From Callorhinchus milii (taxonomy: Eukaryota), in NCBI RefSeq assembly GCF_018977255.1, contig NW_024704743.1, positions 83,020,001-83,084,000 on the forward strand: a stretch of 64,000 bases of DNA, given 5' to 3'. Below the pieces are notes generated by a model, which saw only the letters and a list, made by a program, of their open reading frames with translations, was not told the DNA's origin and ran no database searches. Positions 38,665 through 52,070 of this stretch are shown one piece after another; the stretch's first letter is position 1; every line of letters starts with the position of its first letter. A program made the translations under genes and the position numbers.

Positions 38665-39098
38665 CTCGCCCCACACATATCTGTCCCTCATCCCACATGT
38701 GTCCTTCCTCTCCCCACACCTGTCCTCCCTCTCCCCACACATGTCTCTCCCTCTCCCTGTACGTATCCTCCCTCTCCCCCCTAGATGTCTCTCCCTCGAT
38801 CCCAAGTGTCTTCCTCGCCCCACACATGTCTCTCCCTCTCCACACACGTGCACTCCCTCTCCCCACACTTGACTCTCCCTCGCCCCACACCTCCCTCGCC
38901 CCACACGTGTCCTTCCTCTCCCCACACGTGTCTCTCTCTTGCCCCACACGTGTATTCCTTCGCCCCACACGTCTCTCCCTCTCCCCACACGTGTTTCTCC
39001 CTCACCCCACATGTATCCTCCTTCTCCCCGCACGTGTCTCTCCCTCGCCCCACATGTATCCTCCTTCTCCCCACACGTGTCTCACCCTCGCCCCACAT
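38665..39098. repeat. C-rich minisatellite, unit of about 22-23 bp (ccccacacgtgtctctccctc[t/g])
   Basis: Roughly 18-19 imperfect tandem units. It produces the overlapping low-complexity ORFs in all frames. Confidence 0.92.
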
Positions 39099-40644
39099 GG
39101 AATTTTCTTATTCCATCTACATTGTATTCCTCAAGTGATTTAGATGGATCGGTGTTTCTTTTCAGCCTCTGCTCAGACACTGCAGTAGTACTGCCCCTGT
39201 GTCCTTCCCATCTCAGGATGATGTGAATGAGACTGACCCACACTGTCCTTCAGAGAAGCACTTGAAGAAATATCAGTGCTGACCCTTAGAACCAAAGATA
39301 TTAAACAAAACCTGTGGTCATGCAATGAAAGACTTTGTTCTCAGTATTACACAGAATGATGCTTTAATTTGATATCACCAATTTAATTTTTAAAATAAGC
39401 ATTCTTTTAATCACACATCTATTACTAATGTCTCCTGTCACTACATTTAAACACATTGTTCCATGACTGCAATGACTATTATGTTTGTGCAGCCTTTGTT
39501 CTGTAATAGCTATTGTAAGACACGATGGTGGACTGAGCATATCATCTGCTGATGGACTTTGGAGTGATGCAGAATGAGGGGGGAGAGCAGAATCAAATAT
39601 TTTGGCCCATCTGTGTATGAGAGAAATTATTGTGTACTGTTTTTGTTCTATTCCTATTTGGAAAGCTGTTTTATAAAAGGCTGGTGGTCTGGAAGTAACC
39701 TTAGCAATTGGCTCTAGATTCAGAATAACTCATATTGACGTGCAGCTGTACATATTGGCATAGTATGGACACCATGGGCAATGAGCCAGATACTGTGTGT
39801 ATGTAATGGTCTATTTTGGACCTATTTAATTGAGAAAGATTTTAAAGTACAATCGACCTCTCCAGGTACATCTAAAACATTCTCAGCAGTGGTCAAAGCT
39901 ACATTCCCCTGATTTCAACATTCTCAGTTAAAGACTGCTGCTCTCAGAGATGAGAGCTTTTGATCTGCTAGCACACCATGGTTTAATCCATGCATACAAA
40001 TGCAGTGATTTGTTTTCGTTGCCAATACAAATAGTTGATGAATGACAATATTTTAACGTGGGAATGAGATCACAAAACTGCCCCCAAAAGGTGAAATGAA
40101 ATGAATAGATCTACATGTATATCCATGTATCTGTCTCACGTGAAATCAGAGCTTTACAGTACAGAAAAATGCTTACTCTATAAGTGGAGCAAAAGATTAG
40201 CATTTATTTCTTATAACATGGTGGATTTATAGAACAACAAAAACAGTTGATGCTTTATGGGTTTAGCTCCTTTAAAATAAAATTTAATAAGTATCTGCTT
40301 GGAAATGATAATAATAATCTATGGGACGGTATTGGTAGATATTGGATAGGTGCAATCTTACATGAACAAATACTTCATGAAGCGCACTGAGCTGGTTGCT
40401 GAGGAAGGATACTGTCTGTTGGAAGGAAGGAGGCCATGGTTGAAGACCACATTTGAAGAGTGGAGATGTGTCCATGGCTATATTGGGCTTTGTGCTTGGT
40501 TTCCTTTGTGAATCAGGAAGTGTATCTGTGCATAACATTCCCCTAGGGGATGCAGTGGGCAATGTGCAGACTGGGGTGGATGAGTTTCCTGTTGCTTAAT
40601 CATCTGAATATACCATTCCCACGACATGCTTTCTTCTGAAATTA

Positions 40645-41320
40645 ATAATAATCCTTGTATTTAATATAGCATCTCATCATGTTATTGAGACTTCTCAATG
40701 TGATACACAGGATCAACGTCAAAACTGTATTTTGTAGGCAAATGCAGTAGCCAATTTACCCACAGTAATGTCCCATACACAGCCATTTACGTGAATGACC
40801 AGTTTTATCTAGGGAATTAAATTTCCATGCATATATGGCATTCTCAGTATATAGTATATCGTTTGAATACTCTTAAACATTGTGATGAGTTAGATATCCA
40901 CTAATGTCGTACATTCAGCTGACTAAAAAGATCATGAAAACCATTACATTGCTTTCTTCTCTATATGCGTGGGATATCTGCAAGTCTTATTAAAACTGTT
41001 AAAATCTATACAGTAGCTTAGAAGTGCGGTTCTTCAGCTGAAATGTTAAACTGAGGTTCAGTCTGCCTGTTCAGGTGGATATTAAAGATCCAGTCAAAGG
41101 AAAAGGAAGTTTCTCCCAGTGTGCTTGACAACAGTCACCCAAATAAAATTTAAAAAATGGTCTCCTTGTTGTTTGTGAGTGAATGCTGTGCACAAATTAG
41201 CTTCCATGTTTGCCTTCACATACAGTCACTACACATTAGAGTAAATCCTGTGAAGCCCTTTGAGACATGTTGATGCATGATAAGGTACTATATATCAAAT
41301 GCAAGGATTATTATTATAAT
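40645..41320. mobile_element. Two degenerate Deu-type SINEs (40645-40810 on -, about 41030-41320 on +)
   Basis: Both carry the (ATT)n tail. The + copy has gttcaggtggatattaaagatcc and tgctgtgcacaaattagc. Confidence 0.65.
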
Positions 41321-44300
41321 CTTGTGATTCCCCATATGTGTTCAAGACATACAAAACACAAACTTGCACATAACCAGATGTGCACTGAATCTAGTGATTA
41401 AAACATTGTTGATTATATGAGGTGTAAAACTAGTTGAGCCCAATTTGTACTTATCAGGACTCTGCTAGGAAATTTGCTTTATGCATATATTTACTTCTAA
41501 TGGGGTGTAGATACAGTGCAGCGATGTGTTAATCTAGCCTGGCATTTAACAGCACTTGAAACCATTAAATACATATATAAAGCACAGGTGTAAAACTGAT
41601 CATATGTGTTGATAACAGTACTAAACAGATGTCTGAACTGCACTGCTTGCATTTGTAAAATGTTGGCTAATTTACTGTTACCTTTTGCCCCAGTTAGTAT
41701 CAGGGATAAGTGAACACCTTACACTGGCTGCTTGAGCACCTTACACTGGCTGCTTGCACCACTTTTGAGACTGGGAAGTGAGGATTCTGGACATCACAAG
41801 ATCCATTTGAATGAACAACAACAAAATTACATTTGTAAAGCGCCTTTCACGTCAGGATCACGTCCCAAGGCACTGAAGGTTTTTCACCTAATTCCATCTC
41901 ATCCTTCCATAAGATCTACCCAACTGTCCAACAGCAGCATTAAGCTGATTCTTAAATGAGTCCACTGTCCTGAAATGAACTATCATCTCTGGTAACCCGT
42001 TTCAGCTGTCCATTACCCTCTATTTAAATACTTCTTGGTGTCTGTCCTTAAATCACTCTTCACAAGTGTGAACCTGTGCTCTTGAGGGCCTGACTTACAG
42101 TGGCTTGGGACGTCCACCTGACATGAAAAGAGCAATGCAAATATAATTATTATTGTTGCCTTGTCCGAAGTATTTATACATGGTTGTGGTCTTCAGTTTC
42201 CAATTGCCAAGGACATTTCAGTTGTTAGCAATTAGCCAGCAAGATTGTCGTTTTTTTCTTCTTATTAAGAACCTTACGAATGTTCAAGCAGTCTTCTTAA
42301 ATTCTTTTAAATCTCTGACTGTGTTTAGTGCTTAAAATGTGAATTCTGAATGCCCAGTCACAGTCACCTCTTCCAGGTGGTCTCACTGCTGATGCCAAAC
42401 AGAAACCAGCACCATTGTATTTCACCTTAGCCAAAAGATTACAATGCACCAACGTTAGACTGGGCTTTCATTAAATTGTGGTCTGATGAGGCCAAAATAA
42501 AAAGGCATACAACAGCCAATCTTGTAGTGACTAAATCAACAGGATTTAGATCATTTTAAGTGAAGTCTTGGGACATTCTGACAAATTATACTTCTTGTTC
42601 TCTTGTGTATTTTTATTAAACAAACACTACTTACTGGAATATAGTTGTTTTGATGATGATAAAAATAATAATTCTTACATTTGATATAGTGCTTGATACT
42701 TTGATATAGCACAGTACTTCAATCCAATAAGTTCAGAAGATGGGGTTATTTATTTGTCCTCAGTGTTTCGTACCAATTCCATTGTCTATAATTATTCTCA
42801 AGTTGATGCCAGTGTTTTGAAGTGTTCACCTGGACAGATTGCCTTCAGTTTTCAGCTTTCACCGCGACTCACTGACTGAGGTTTCTGGCCCTGAGGGAAG
42901 CCAGAGCTCAGAATCTAAGGATCCTTCCAAATGTGTCTAGCTTCCCAGTGCCAGGTGAAGTTTGTGCCATAGAAAATGGTTCTCGCAGTTCTTCAACTTC
43001 TCATTTTACAGTCCCGATAAATATGCTTGGTGTAGGAAAACGTCTCAAAGCATTTCAGAGAGACAGACTGGGAGCCCGAGCAGAATGAGGGATGGTGGTT
43101 GGGTGGGGTGGGGGAGGTGAGAGATGGTCGAAGGCTCAGTTGGATACATACATTTGTCATTGAGTTTTGAAAGCAGGAGGGAGGGACACAATCGGCCTCA
43201 TATTACATTTTCCGTGATTCCCATAAAGGGATGACGATATTTACTTGTTCTGTAGGACTGTTTGATATAGTTTCCTCTAGTAATGTACCGCTTGTTATAT
43301 TTATACTTTTCCAAAGAGAATTATTTATTCAAAGAAGTTCAGTGAGCTTCAACAAAGCACTGATCCAGCCTCACTTCTGTATCACTGTGTACAATTCTGG
43401 TCACTGAACTGCAGTAGGAATATCCTGGTATTAGAAAAGCAGAGGACAACTAAAGCAATACGTGAGATTAGACTCCCGAGCTGCAAGGAGAGTATATGGA
43501 AACTAGTAAGGATACTAGGAATATTTTTACTGGAAAAACAATGGCTCAGAGGAAATCGTGTGGAACTTTTCAGGATTCTAAAACGGTAATAGATTAACTG
43601 AACACAAGTCAGAAGAGGTGAACCAATTTCACCACTTTAAACTAAAGACGTTGAATACATGGAAGAGACTTCCCAGGCAGCCGTGGGCGAGGCAATGTTA
43701 GCAAATTCAAGAAGGTGGTGGATTTTTTTCTGGTGAAAGAATTAATGAAAGGATATAACAAATTATTTATGATAATCTTTGAACTTCGGGACTGCCCAGT
43801 TGGATCACAATGGTGATCCTCAGTTCTGTGGATATTCATGTATATAAATGCAAGTTGTTGTTGTTACCTGGATTGGATATCTGCACTGATTAGCACCACT
43901 CCCATTGTGGATATTAAAATATAATGGGTCTGTGCTTGTGTGCGTTTCTCTCCCTCTCTCTTTTGCTTCTTTACATGTGTGTGTGTGTGTACACCTCTCT
44001 TACTGTCTATATACCTGTGTGTCTCTCTAATCTTTTACTTAAGTAAATTGCTGTGCGCAATTGGCTGCCGCGTTTCGCCCACAAATATACAGTATATACT
44101 TTACAGTATATTCTGTGAAGTGCTACAGTATTTAGTTCCATGGCCAATCTTCAAGAATAGCTTTCCTCCGTCATCAAACTGGAGTGCAGTCCCTTTCTAA
44201 CATGTTTCTTCATGGTGCTGAATTGGTTATAATGAGGTTGGAGACCCCATTTACTGGGCATGCATGCAGTCAGCCCGCTCACTTCATGAAACCCACCTGA

Positions 44301-45019
44301 CTCTTGCATTAAAATTAGTGACTTCCGCAGGACATCAAGTCACTGCTAGTGTCACTTCCTGGTTTGCGCATTCACCTTGTGCTGCTGGAGGAAATTACAT
44401 TACCTGATGAACTGGAATTTGGAAATTGGACATCATTTTGGAGCAGGGCATATGTTATGAAACCAGCTATCACTGCCTCGTTATAATGTTTATGGAGCCT
44501 CCCAATCTCTGCGTTATAATGAGGATTACTATAGCAGAGTTCAATGAACTTAGCTATTACCTAATATCTAAGAGCCATATATGGGACGTGGGCCAATCTC
44601 AACCAGGTGTAACCAGTATATTTCTTCACTTTTTGTATATTAGGTGGCATATTACAGGCTGCAGCTGGAGGCAACTATAATGAGGACAGATGTCTCGCAA
44701 ATTTGACCCTGGTGATTTCTGCGAACTCAGAAATCATGAGGGTCAAATACATGAGACATCTGTGTTGCATTTAGCAAAATGTCATAACAGTTTCATTACT
44801 TCCATGCTTGGTTTATTTTCATACTTTTGAGCATACTGGGAAGCGTACAGGAAAATCCTCAAGGAAATACAGGAAAAGATGCATTGGAAATGTTGGCACC
44901 TAATCGAGAATGACTGACGTGGAAGGAATGGTCTTGTTGGAACCAATGGCTTTTTCTTCCTGCAACCTATCATGCTTTTTGTATAATTGTACTGCATAGG
45001 TGTCACCTTTATTAAAGGA

Positions 45020-45460
45020 GTCAGCCTGGCTCAAATGGTAGCATTCTCACCTCTGAGTGAGAAGGTTGTGGGTTCAAGATCCATATTAGGACTTTGAACA
45101 TTGGTGCTTGACACTCCAATGAAGTGTTGGGTTGTGCTGCTTTATCAGAGGTGCCATCCTACAGATGAGCCATTAAACCAGCTGATGCTCTGTCTCTCTC
45201 TCCTGCTCTGCTCCAAGCTATTCATAATAATATGACAATAATAATAATCCTTGCATTTGATATAGGGCATTATCATGTTGTTGAGATCGCTCAAAGTACT
45301 TCACAGGAAATACTGTGAAGTGATTTTGACTACTTTATCATATGGACATCTACTTTGTCATGTGGACATTAAAGATCCTATGGCACTATTTAAAAAGAGC
45401 AGGGAGTTTCTCCTGGTACCTGTGCCAACAATCTATCAAATAAAATTGGTCATTCAATTC
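45020..45460 (+). mobile_element. Old DeuSINE with an antisense SINE tail nested at about 45237-45330
   Basis: Head ggctcaaatggtagcattctcacctctgagtgagaaggttgtgggttcaag; resumes at gtggacattaaagatcctatggcactattt after the insert. Confidence 0.7.
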
Positions 45461-46063
45461 ATGTCAGGCACTAAAGGCTACATTTTAGAAAAAATATAAG
45501 TGTACAGTTCGGCGTCATAAAGGAAAGAAACAGATTTACTGGCAATGTTTCTCACTAAGTTGCATACACTATAATTTGTGCAACAATATAAGATTAAAAA
45601 TACTGAATACATCAGGGAGAAGGGCACAGAGAGGTATGATTGAGGGAGTGGAGGCTCAAGTGGAATATAAAAAACTGGCATGGGCTAGTTGGGCTGAATG
45701 ACCTCTTTCTGTGCTGAAACAGTCCATGTAATACCGAGTCTTTTCTGCCAAACGCAAAAAAAACTTTTTCTTACTGGATTGTGATGAAATTTCCCATTGG
45801 TATTGATTGGTACATTGTAGACCCAACTGTGTTCATCAATACAAACATGACCATACTATCATACCTGTGGAAAACTTGTGAACTTCTGTTCAGCTCACTT
45901 CAGATATTGTTTTAGGCAGAAACCCAATTTGGACATATTCACACAAACTATGCATCTAGCTGTAGCTCCACTCATACAGGGATGTTTAAAATCTACTACT
46001 TTTATGGTGATATTGGACATAGTGCTACTAGCCCTCACTATTAGATTTCCACTTTTCTTATTG

Positions 46064-49000
46064 TAAACAGGGGGAGGGGGAGGAAAGTGACCAAAGGCGC
46101 GGACAAAAAGAAAGGTCTTCAGCAGAGACCTGAAAATGGGAAGGGAGGGAGCGAGACAAAGGGAGTGAGGAAGGCAGTTCCAGAGTCTCAGGGCATAGTG
46201 GCTGAAGGCCCGGCCACCGAGGGTGGAGCGGAGGACATGGGAGACGAGGAGGAGGCCAGACCTGGAGGAACAAAGGCAATGGGCACTGTTTTGAGGAGAG
46301 AGGAGGTCAGAGAGGTAGGGGAGTGCAGAGGAGTGCAGGGACTTGAATACAAGGGTGAGGATCTTGAAATCAATCCTCTCTGGGACAGAGCCAGTGCAGT
46401 CTGGCAAGGACTGGGGTGATCAGGGAGCGGAGTTTCGTGCGGGTGAGTGCGGGCGGCAGAGTTTTGAATGATTTGGATTTTATGGATGGTAATGGATGGG
46501 AGACCGGCGAGGAGGGCATTAGAGTAGTCCAGCCGAGAGGTGACAAAGGCATGGACCAGGGTTCAGCGGCTTTTGGGGAGTGGTATTGGCGGAGAACGGG
46601 CGATGCGTCGGAGGTGGAAGAAAGCGGTGCTGGTGAGGGATCGGATGTGGGGGAGGAAGGATAATTCGGGGTCGAACCTGATGCCTAGGTTGCGTACGGG
46701 TTCGGAGAGTTTTAGGGGGAGGTCGGGTAGGTGGAGGAGGTGAGAACCATGCGATTTAAGACATTGATGAGAGCCAAAGAGTATGGTTTCCGTCTTGTTA
46801 ACATTCAGCTGAAGGAGGTTTGCGCTCATCCACCCCTGAGATCTGACAAGCAGGCTGACAGAACATCAGGGGACTGGTCGCAAAGAGAGGTGGAAAAGTA
46901 GAGTTGGGTGTCATCTGCATACATTGGAAATGTACCCTATGTCTACGGATGACATCCTCAGAGGGAGCATGTAGATCAGAAAGAGGAGGGCGCCAAGGAT
47001 GGATCAAGGATCCTGACAAGGAGGCAGAGGGAGCCCTGGTCACAGATAGAAAGTCGTTTGTGACTTTCACAAGCGCAATCTCTGTACTGTGGGCAGGACA
47101 GAAACCCGACTGGAGGGGTTCGAAGAGGGAGTGGGAGGAGAGGTGTTCGCGAAGTTGGTTGGCAACAACGCATTCTAGAACTTTTGAGAGGAAGGGCAGG
47201 TTAGAAATAGGGCGGCAATGGCTGGGGTTTGAGGGATCCAGGGAGGGATTTTTAAGGAGGGTGCTGATGACAGCAGTTTTGAGGGAGGCAGGGACTGATC
47301 CGAAGGAGAGGGATTGGTTGATGATGTCAACCAGTAGTGGGGCAGAGGAGGGGGAGCTGGGTGACCAGTAAGTTAGTGGGAAGGGGGTCGAGGTAGCAGG
47401 TGGTGGGTTTCATGGAGGTGATGGTGGGTGAGAGGGAGGAGGGAGAGATGGGGAGGAAGGAATGTAGAATGGGGGTGGTGGTAGGAGCAGATGATGGAGA
47501 GGGTGAGGGGGACAGAGAGGACATGATGGTAGGTGACAAGGTGCAGGTGGATGAGGCTGCCTGTTAAGTATTTTAGAAGAAAAGAAATCCGTGACCTCCT
47601 CGCACTTGGCATTTGATGCGAAGATTGAGGAGGCCTGAGGGGGGGGCACGGAGGAGGTAGTGGGTGGTGGAAAAAAGGATTTTTGGATTGTGTTTAGCCT
47701 CCAAGATGATGTTGGAGTAGAAGGCCGTTTTTGCACGAGTCAAAGAACAGCGGTAGCTGTGGAGATGCTCGAGCCACAGTTGGCGGTGAACTGTCAGGCC
47801 AGTTTTCCTGCGCTCGAGCAGACCGGTTTGGGTTTTTTGTCGGCGGAGATTGTTGTTGTACCAGGGGGATCGGGTGGGTTTGGAGATGGTCCTGGATTTC
47901 AGGGGCACGAGGGAGTTGAAGGTGGAGGAGAGGCGATCATGGAGCAGCTGGATGGCTGCTTCAGAATCTCCGCGGGTGGAAGGCCAGAGGGATAGGATGT
48001 TTGATGATGAAAGCGCCTTTGTGAGGGTCTCAGGGGGTAGCCTTTTCCAAGGGTGGTAGAGGATGGTTGCGGGTTTGGTGGAGGAGAGAGGGATGTGAGA
48101 GGAGAAGGAGATGAAAAAGTGGTCCGAGATGGCCTTGTCCACTCTGCTGAGGTCGGAAATGTCAAGGCCGTGGGTGATGATGAGGTCAAGTGCATGACCA
48201 CGGTTGTGGGTAGGTGAATTTATATGGAGGGTGAGGTTTAGGGAGGAGAGGAGGGCAGTGAAATCGGCAGAAGTGGTGCAAGAGGAGTTTAGGTGGAGGT
48301 TGAAATCGCCCATTATGAGTAGGTGCTCGGAGCAGAGGGACAGGGAAGAGAGGAAAGATGTCTGTGTGGAAGGAGCCGGGGGGCTTGGGGGGGGCGGTAG
48401 ACAAGGAGGATTTTCAAAGGGAGAGACGGGTGGAAGAGGGTGATGAGGTGCTCGAAGGAGGGGAAGCAGTCAGAGGAGTAGGGGGTGAGACCAAGGGAGG
48501 CTTTGGAAATGAGGGCCACCCCGCCGCCACATTGGTTTGGACAGGGGGTGTGGTGGAAGGTGTAGCCTGGAGGGGAGGCTTCCACTAGGGGTCATTGGGG
48601 GAGAGCCAGGTTTCGGTGACCCCAAGAATGTCAAGCTGCTCGTCCAGGATGAGGTCGTGGATGGTGAGGGCTTTGTTTGAGAGGGAACTGACATTTTGGA
48701 GGGAAATGCAGGTGGGTTTTCTGGAGGGAGGAGAGAGTGGTGCGGAGAGGATTTTGGGTTGTGCGGGCGAGATGGTTGTGGAGAGTGGTGCGAGTGGAGA
48801 GTTGGGGAGGGTACGTATGAGAGGGGGGAAGTTGGATATGCCTTAAGGAGGCGGTTTAAGCGGAGGGAGTGAATGATTGGACACTTGGGGTGTCCAGTGC
48901 CAGGAGCCACAATGGGCCCGGCGGATTATCCCCAGGCTGGAGCAGAGGGAAGTGGTGATGGGGTCGAGAAGAGAGAGAAGGCGGGGAGGGCGGTGGGAGA

Positions 49001-49410
49001 GAAGGACAGAGGGGGGTGAGAGGAGAGACATAGAGGGGGTTGAGAGGAGAGACATTTAAGGGGAGGCTCGGGTCGTGGCGGCAGCCAAAATGCGCACGCA
49101 GAAACCGGGAGCGAGCGATCAGCAGGACGGCATCAGCCCGCAGGCTTCGCCTCCCAGGTCATGGCCGAGTGGCAGTGGCTGCCAGGCCATTTTTGTTGTT
49201 GTTGTTGCTGGATTTTTTTTAATAGTTTTTTTTATTAACTGTGACGTCACGCTGACGTCACTTTGTGAAATGCGCCCGCCCCACCCCCTCACTTACCTCA
49301 GCTCCTACCTCCGCTCCCGACTGAGTGGCTCCTCACCTGGCTGTGCTTTATATACACGGCTAGGCCTCGGCTCTGCCCTGCGCTCTCCTACCTCAGCTCC
49401 TGACTCACAA
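46064..49410 (-). mobile_element. Near full-length L2 LINE (5' region, APE endonuclease, RT), frameshifted, 3' tail missing
   Basis: In order on the - strand: N-terminal LGIIRR motif; [95 protein letters not shown]. Confidence 0.92.
49241..49407 (-). promoter_or_regulatory. Putative Pol II promoter at the L2 5' end (AP-1, TATA, Inr, GC box, two CRE sites)
   Basis: TGAGTCA at 49401-49407; TATATAAA at 49347-49354; TCAGTC initiator with A at 49322, 30 nt from TATAAA; TGACGTCA at 49242-49249 and 49253-49260. Confidence 0.5.
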
Positions 49411-49599
49411 CCATATGGAATTCCTGTCAATCTGTGGGAATTCCACTTCAGAAATAAATCAAAATCCCCATGTGCTTTTTACCAGAAAAAGTCTCTATTT
49501 TGCACCTCATATTATTGAAGAATCATGTTAAGAAATGCAACATTTTGTATCCCAATGAGGGTGGTAGGAGATGAAAAACATTCAGAATAGCATGTTTGA

Positions 49600-50630
49600 A
49601 ACTTCTGTGGAACAAGGCATTAAACTTCAAAGAGGCAATAGCCCCAATAATATCAATGAGATTTAGATAGAGGTTAGAGGGCACTGTTGAGGGATTAATT
49701 TTTTATATGAGTGTGTGGAAAATGCTAAACGAACTTGCCTAGAGAAGGAAGTAGCATTCAAGTTTTGGACAGACTTTGACTTTATAAAGGGTTAAGAGGT
49801 ATTGAAGTGTTGGACTGGAAGAGGAAACTAAGCTACCTGGAGGCTTGTAACAAAGAGAGAAATATGAGAGTGCCATCTAAATTCAGAAGATAGTGAAGCC
49901 GTGACAGTCAGTAGTCGAAGGACTATGAATGGAACCATCAAAGATAAGAGATGGCAGCTGCTGGTTGGACATGTAAGAGACATGAGAAAACTGTGCTTGG
50001 CACAATTGAAAGAAAGATCTTCATCAAAGGACATTGATGAAATCAAGTTCAGTGATTCAGACATTGCATTGCCAGAGCACTGAAAGTTGTATGCACTGAG
50101 GACATGTGATCTTGGGCAAGTTGATGAACTAGTGTGGAACCGTTAGCAAAAGAGTGGATAGTCTTGGATGATGAGTAGAAGAGATGATTGATGTCCAGAG
50201 AAAAAGGGAACAAGAGAAAAGAGCCCTGGGGAAATGTTGAGTTGATGGGATAAAAAGTCAGATGAACCATCAACTACAATATAGACAGAGTGATTTGAGG
50301 GGATCCTAGGTATCCCTGAAATTATTTATGAGTGCACAGCGCCAGACCCTGTCAAGGATCTTTGGAGGTGTCCAAGGTGATGCCAAATGAATTACAGTAG
50401 TATTCAAAAGGAAGTTTTAGAAATGTGGAATATAGAGAAGAAAATAAACTGAGTGGCCTGGACATAAACTGTACTGGTGATCTTAGTTTAGGTCAGAACT
50501 CTTCAGTAAAGGGATAATTTGGCTTAGATTGTATGGATGTAGAGCAATAGGGCAGTGGTTTGAAAAGTAATTCTACTTGTGTTCTTCCAAAACCCTTCTA
50601 GGAGGAGGAGGAGAAATGGGGTAAGATGAG
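49600..50630 (-). mobile_element. Highly decayed LINE RT of a different lineage (CR1/Jockey-group-like)
   Basis: Residual motifs SNHCPIAL (approximately SNYRPIAL), INSTFPQGS (approximately GVPQGS) and IHSFANGSTL (approximately IHSFADDSTL). Confidence 0.6.
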
Positions 50631-50849
50631 AGAAATTTGCAAATAGTGAATCCTGCACATGCCCAGTTGTCTCATGTCAAGTTGCCAGAACCCCACTGGG
50701 GTGCCAATCTCGTGCTAGGTGATTTTTTTGCCCACAATCTGACTTTACAAATTGAGATTGGCATCCAGCTTTTACACACCTTTTATGTGCCTACAGTTAC
50801 CTCCCCTTCCCCCTCTCCCTTCTCCATTGCTCAGCATCCAACCCTGTCA

Positions 50850-52070
50850 TGACACTATTGACCACTCTATCCTCCTCCACCGCCTTTCCTCTCACCTCAA
50901 GCTTCATGGTTCTGTCCTTGAATAGTTCAGATCCTACCTTTCACACAGTCTTCAGTTTGTCTCAACAAACAGCTTCTCCTCCAGCCCCGCACCGTCTCCT
51001 GCGGTGTTCCTCAGGGCTCTGTCCTTGGTCTTCTCATCTTCAACATGTACATGCTCTCTCTTGGTGACATCATCCGCAGACATGGGGTCAACTTCCACAT
51101 GTATGCGGATGACACCTAACTCTTTCTCTCTCTCTGCCTCCACCCTTCACTCCAGGACCAGTGCTGTCCTAATAGAATGTCTGTCAGACATCAAGTTCTG
51201 GATGAGAGCTAACTTTCTTCAGTTGAACGTCAACAAGACCGAGGTCCTCCTGATTGGCTCCCATCAGCACTTCAGGCACTGGCAGCATCACCATACAAGG
51301 ATGCTCATTTCACCTCACTGAGCCAGTCCGGAACCTTGGCTTCTTGTTTGACCCTCAACTGTCCTTTCTACCCCACATCTGTGTCATGACCCGCTTTGCC
51401 TTCCCCCACTTCCGCAACATTGCCCAGCTCCACCACTGTCTCACACTGCAGGCCGCCAAAACCCACATTCACAAATTTATCACAGCTAGGCTCGACTACA
51501 CCAACTCCCTACTTGTCGGCCTTCCCAACTCTTCCCTCCACAAGATGCAGATCAGAACTCTGCAGCTCATGTCTCTCCTGCAACAGGTTCTATGAACCTA
51601 TCATTCCCATCCTCGCCTGGCTCCTCTGGTTCCCCATCCCCAGGTGATAGTTCAAAATCCTCGTACTCACCTTCAAGGCCCTCTACAGCTTTGCTCCTTC
51701 TTACCTCTGTGACCTGCTAATGCCATATCAACCTGTCCGCACCCTCTGCTGAGTAGGCTCTGGCCTGCTTCACGTCCCTGAGCCTTGCCAACCCCACAAT
51801 CGGCAGTCAGGCCTTCAGCCTCTTGCCCTCACCCATTGGAATTCCATCCCGCAGTTCCTTCCTTCCTCCCTCCCTTAACTCCTTCAAAGCACGTCTCAAG
51901 ACCCTCCTCTTCGACTGCACCTTTGGCTACCCTCCTACCCTACACTCTCTGCCCTCCACCCCTCCTGATCCCAACCACCAGCTCAAGTCCAAATCCCTCA
52001 CTGTCCAGCGCCTTGAGTCGTCCTCCCAATGTGAAAGGCGCTATACAAATGTAATTTGTTGTTGGTGTTG
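50850..52070 (+). mobile_element. L2 LINE 3' part (RT to tail)
   Basis: cacatgtatgcggatgacacc (HMYADDT), QLNVNKTE and RLDYTNSLL; tail gtcctcccaatgtgaaaggcgctatacaaatgtaatttgttgttg. Confidence 0.9.

Noticed and set aside
38536..39226. Cluster of 90-165 aa ORFs, or a CRISPR-like array
   Set aside because: Products of a minisatellite lacking stop codons; no unique spacers and no cas genes, in a eukaryotic context.
41715..41756. 22-bp tandem duplication caccttacactggctgcttg
   Set aside because: Ordinary slippage duplication with no further structure.
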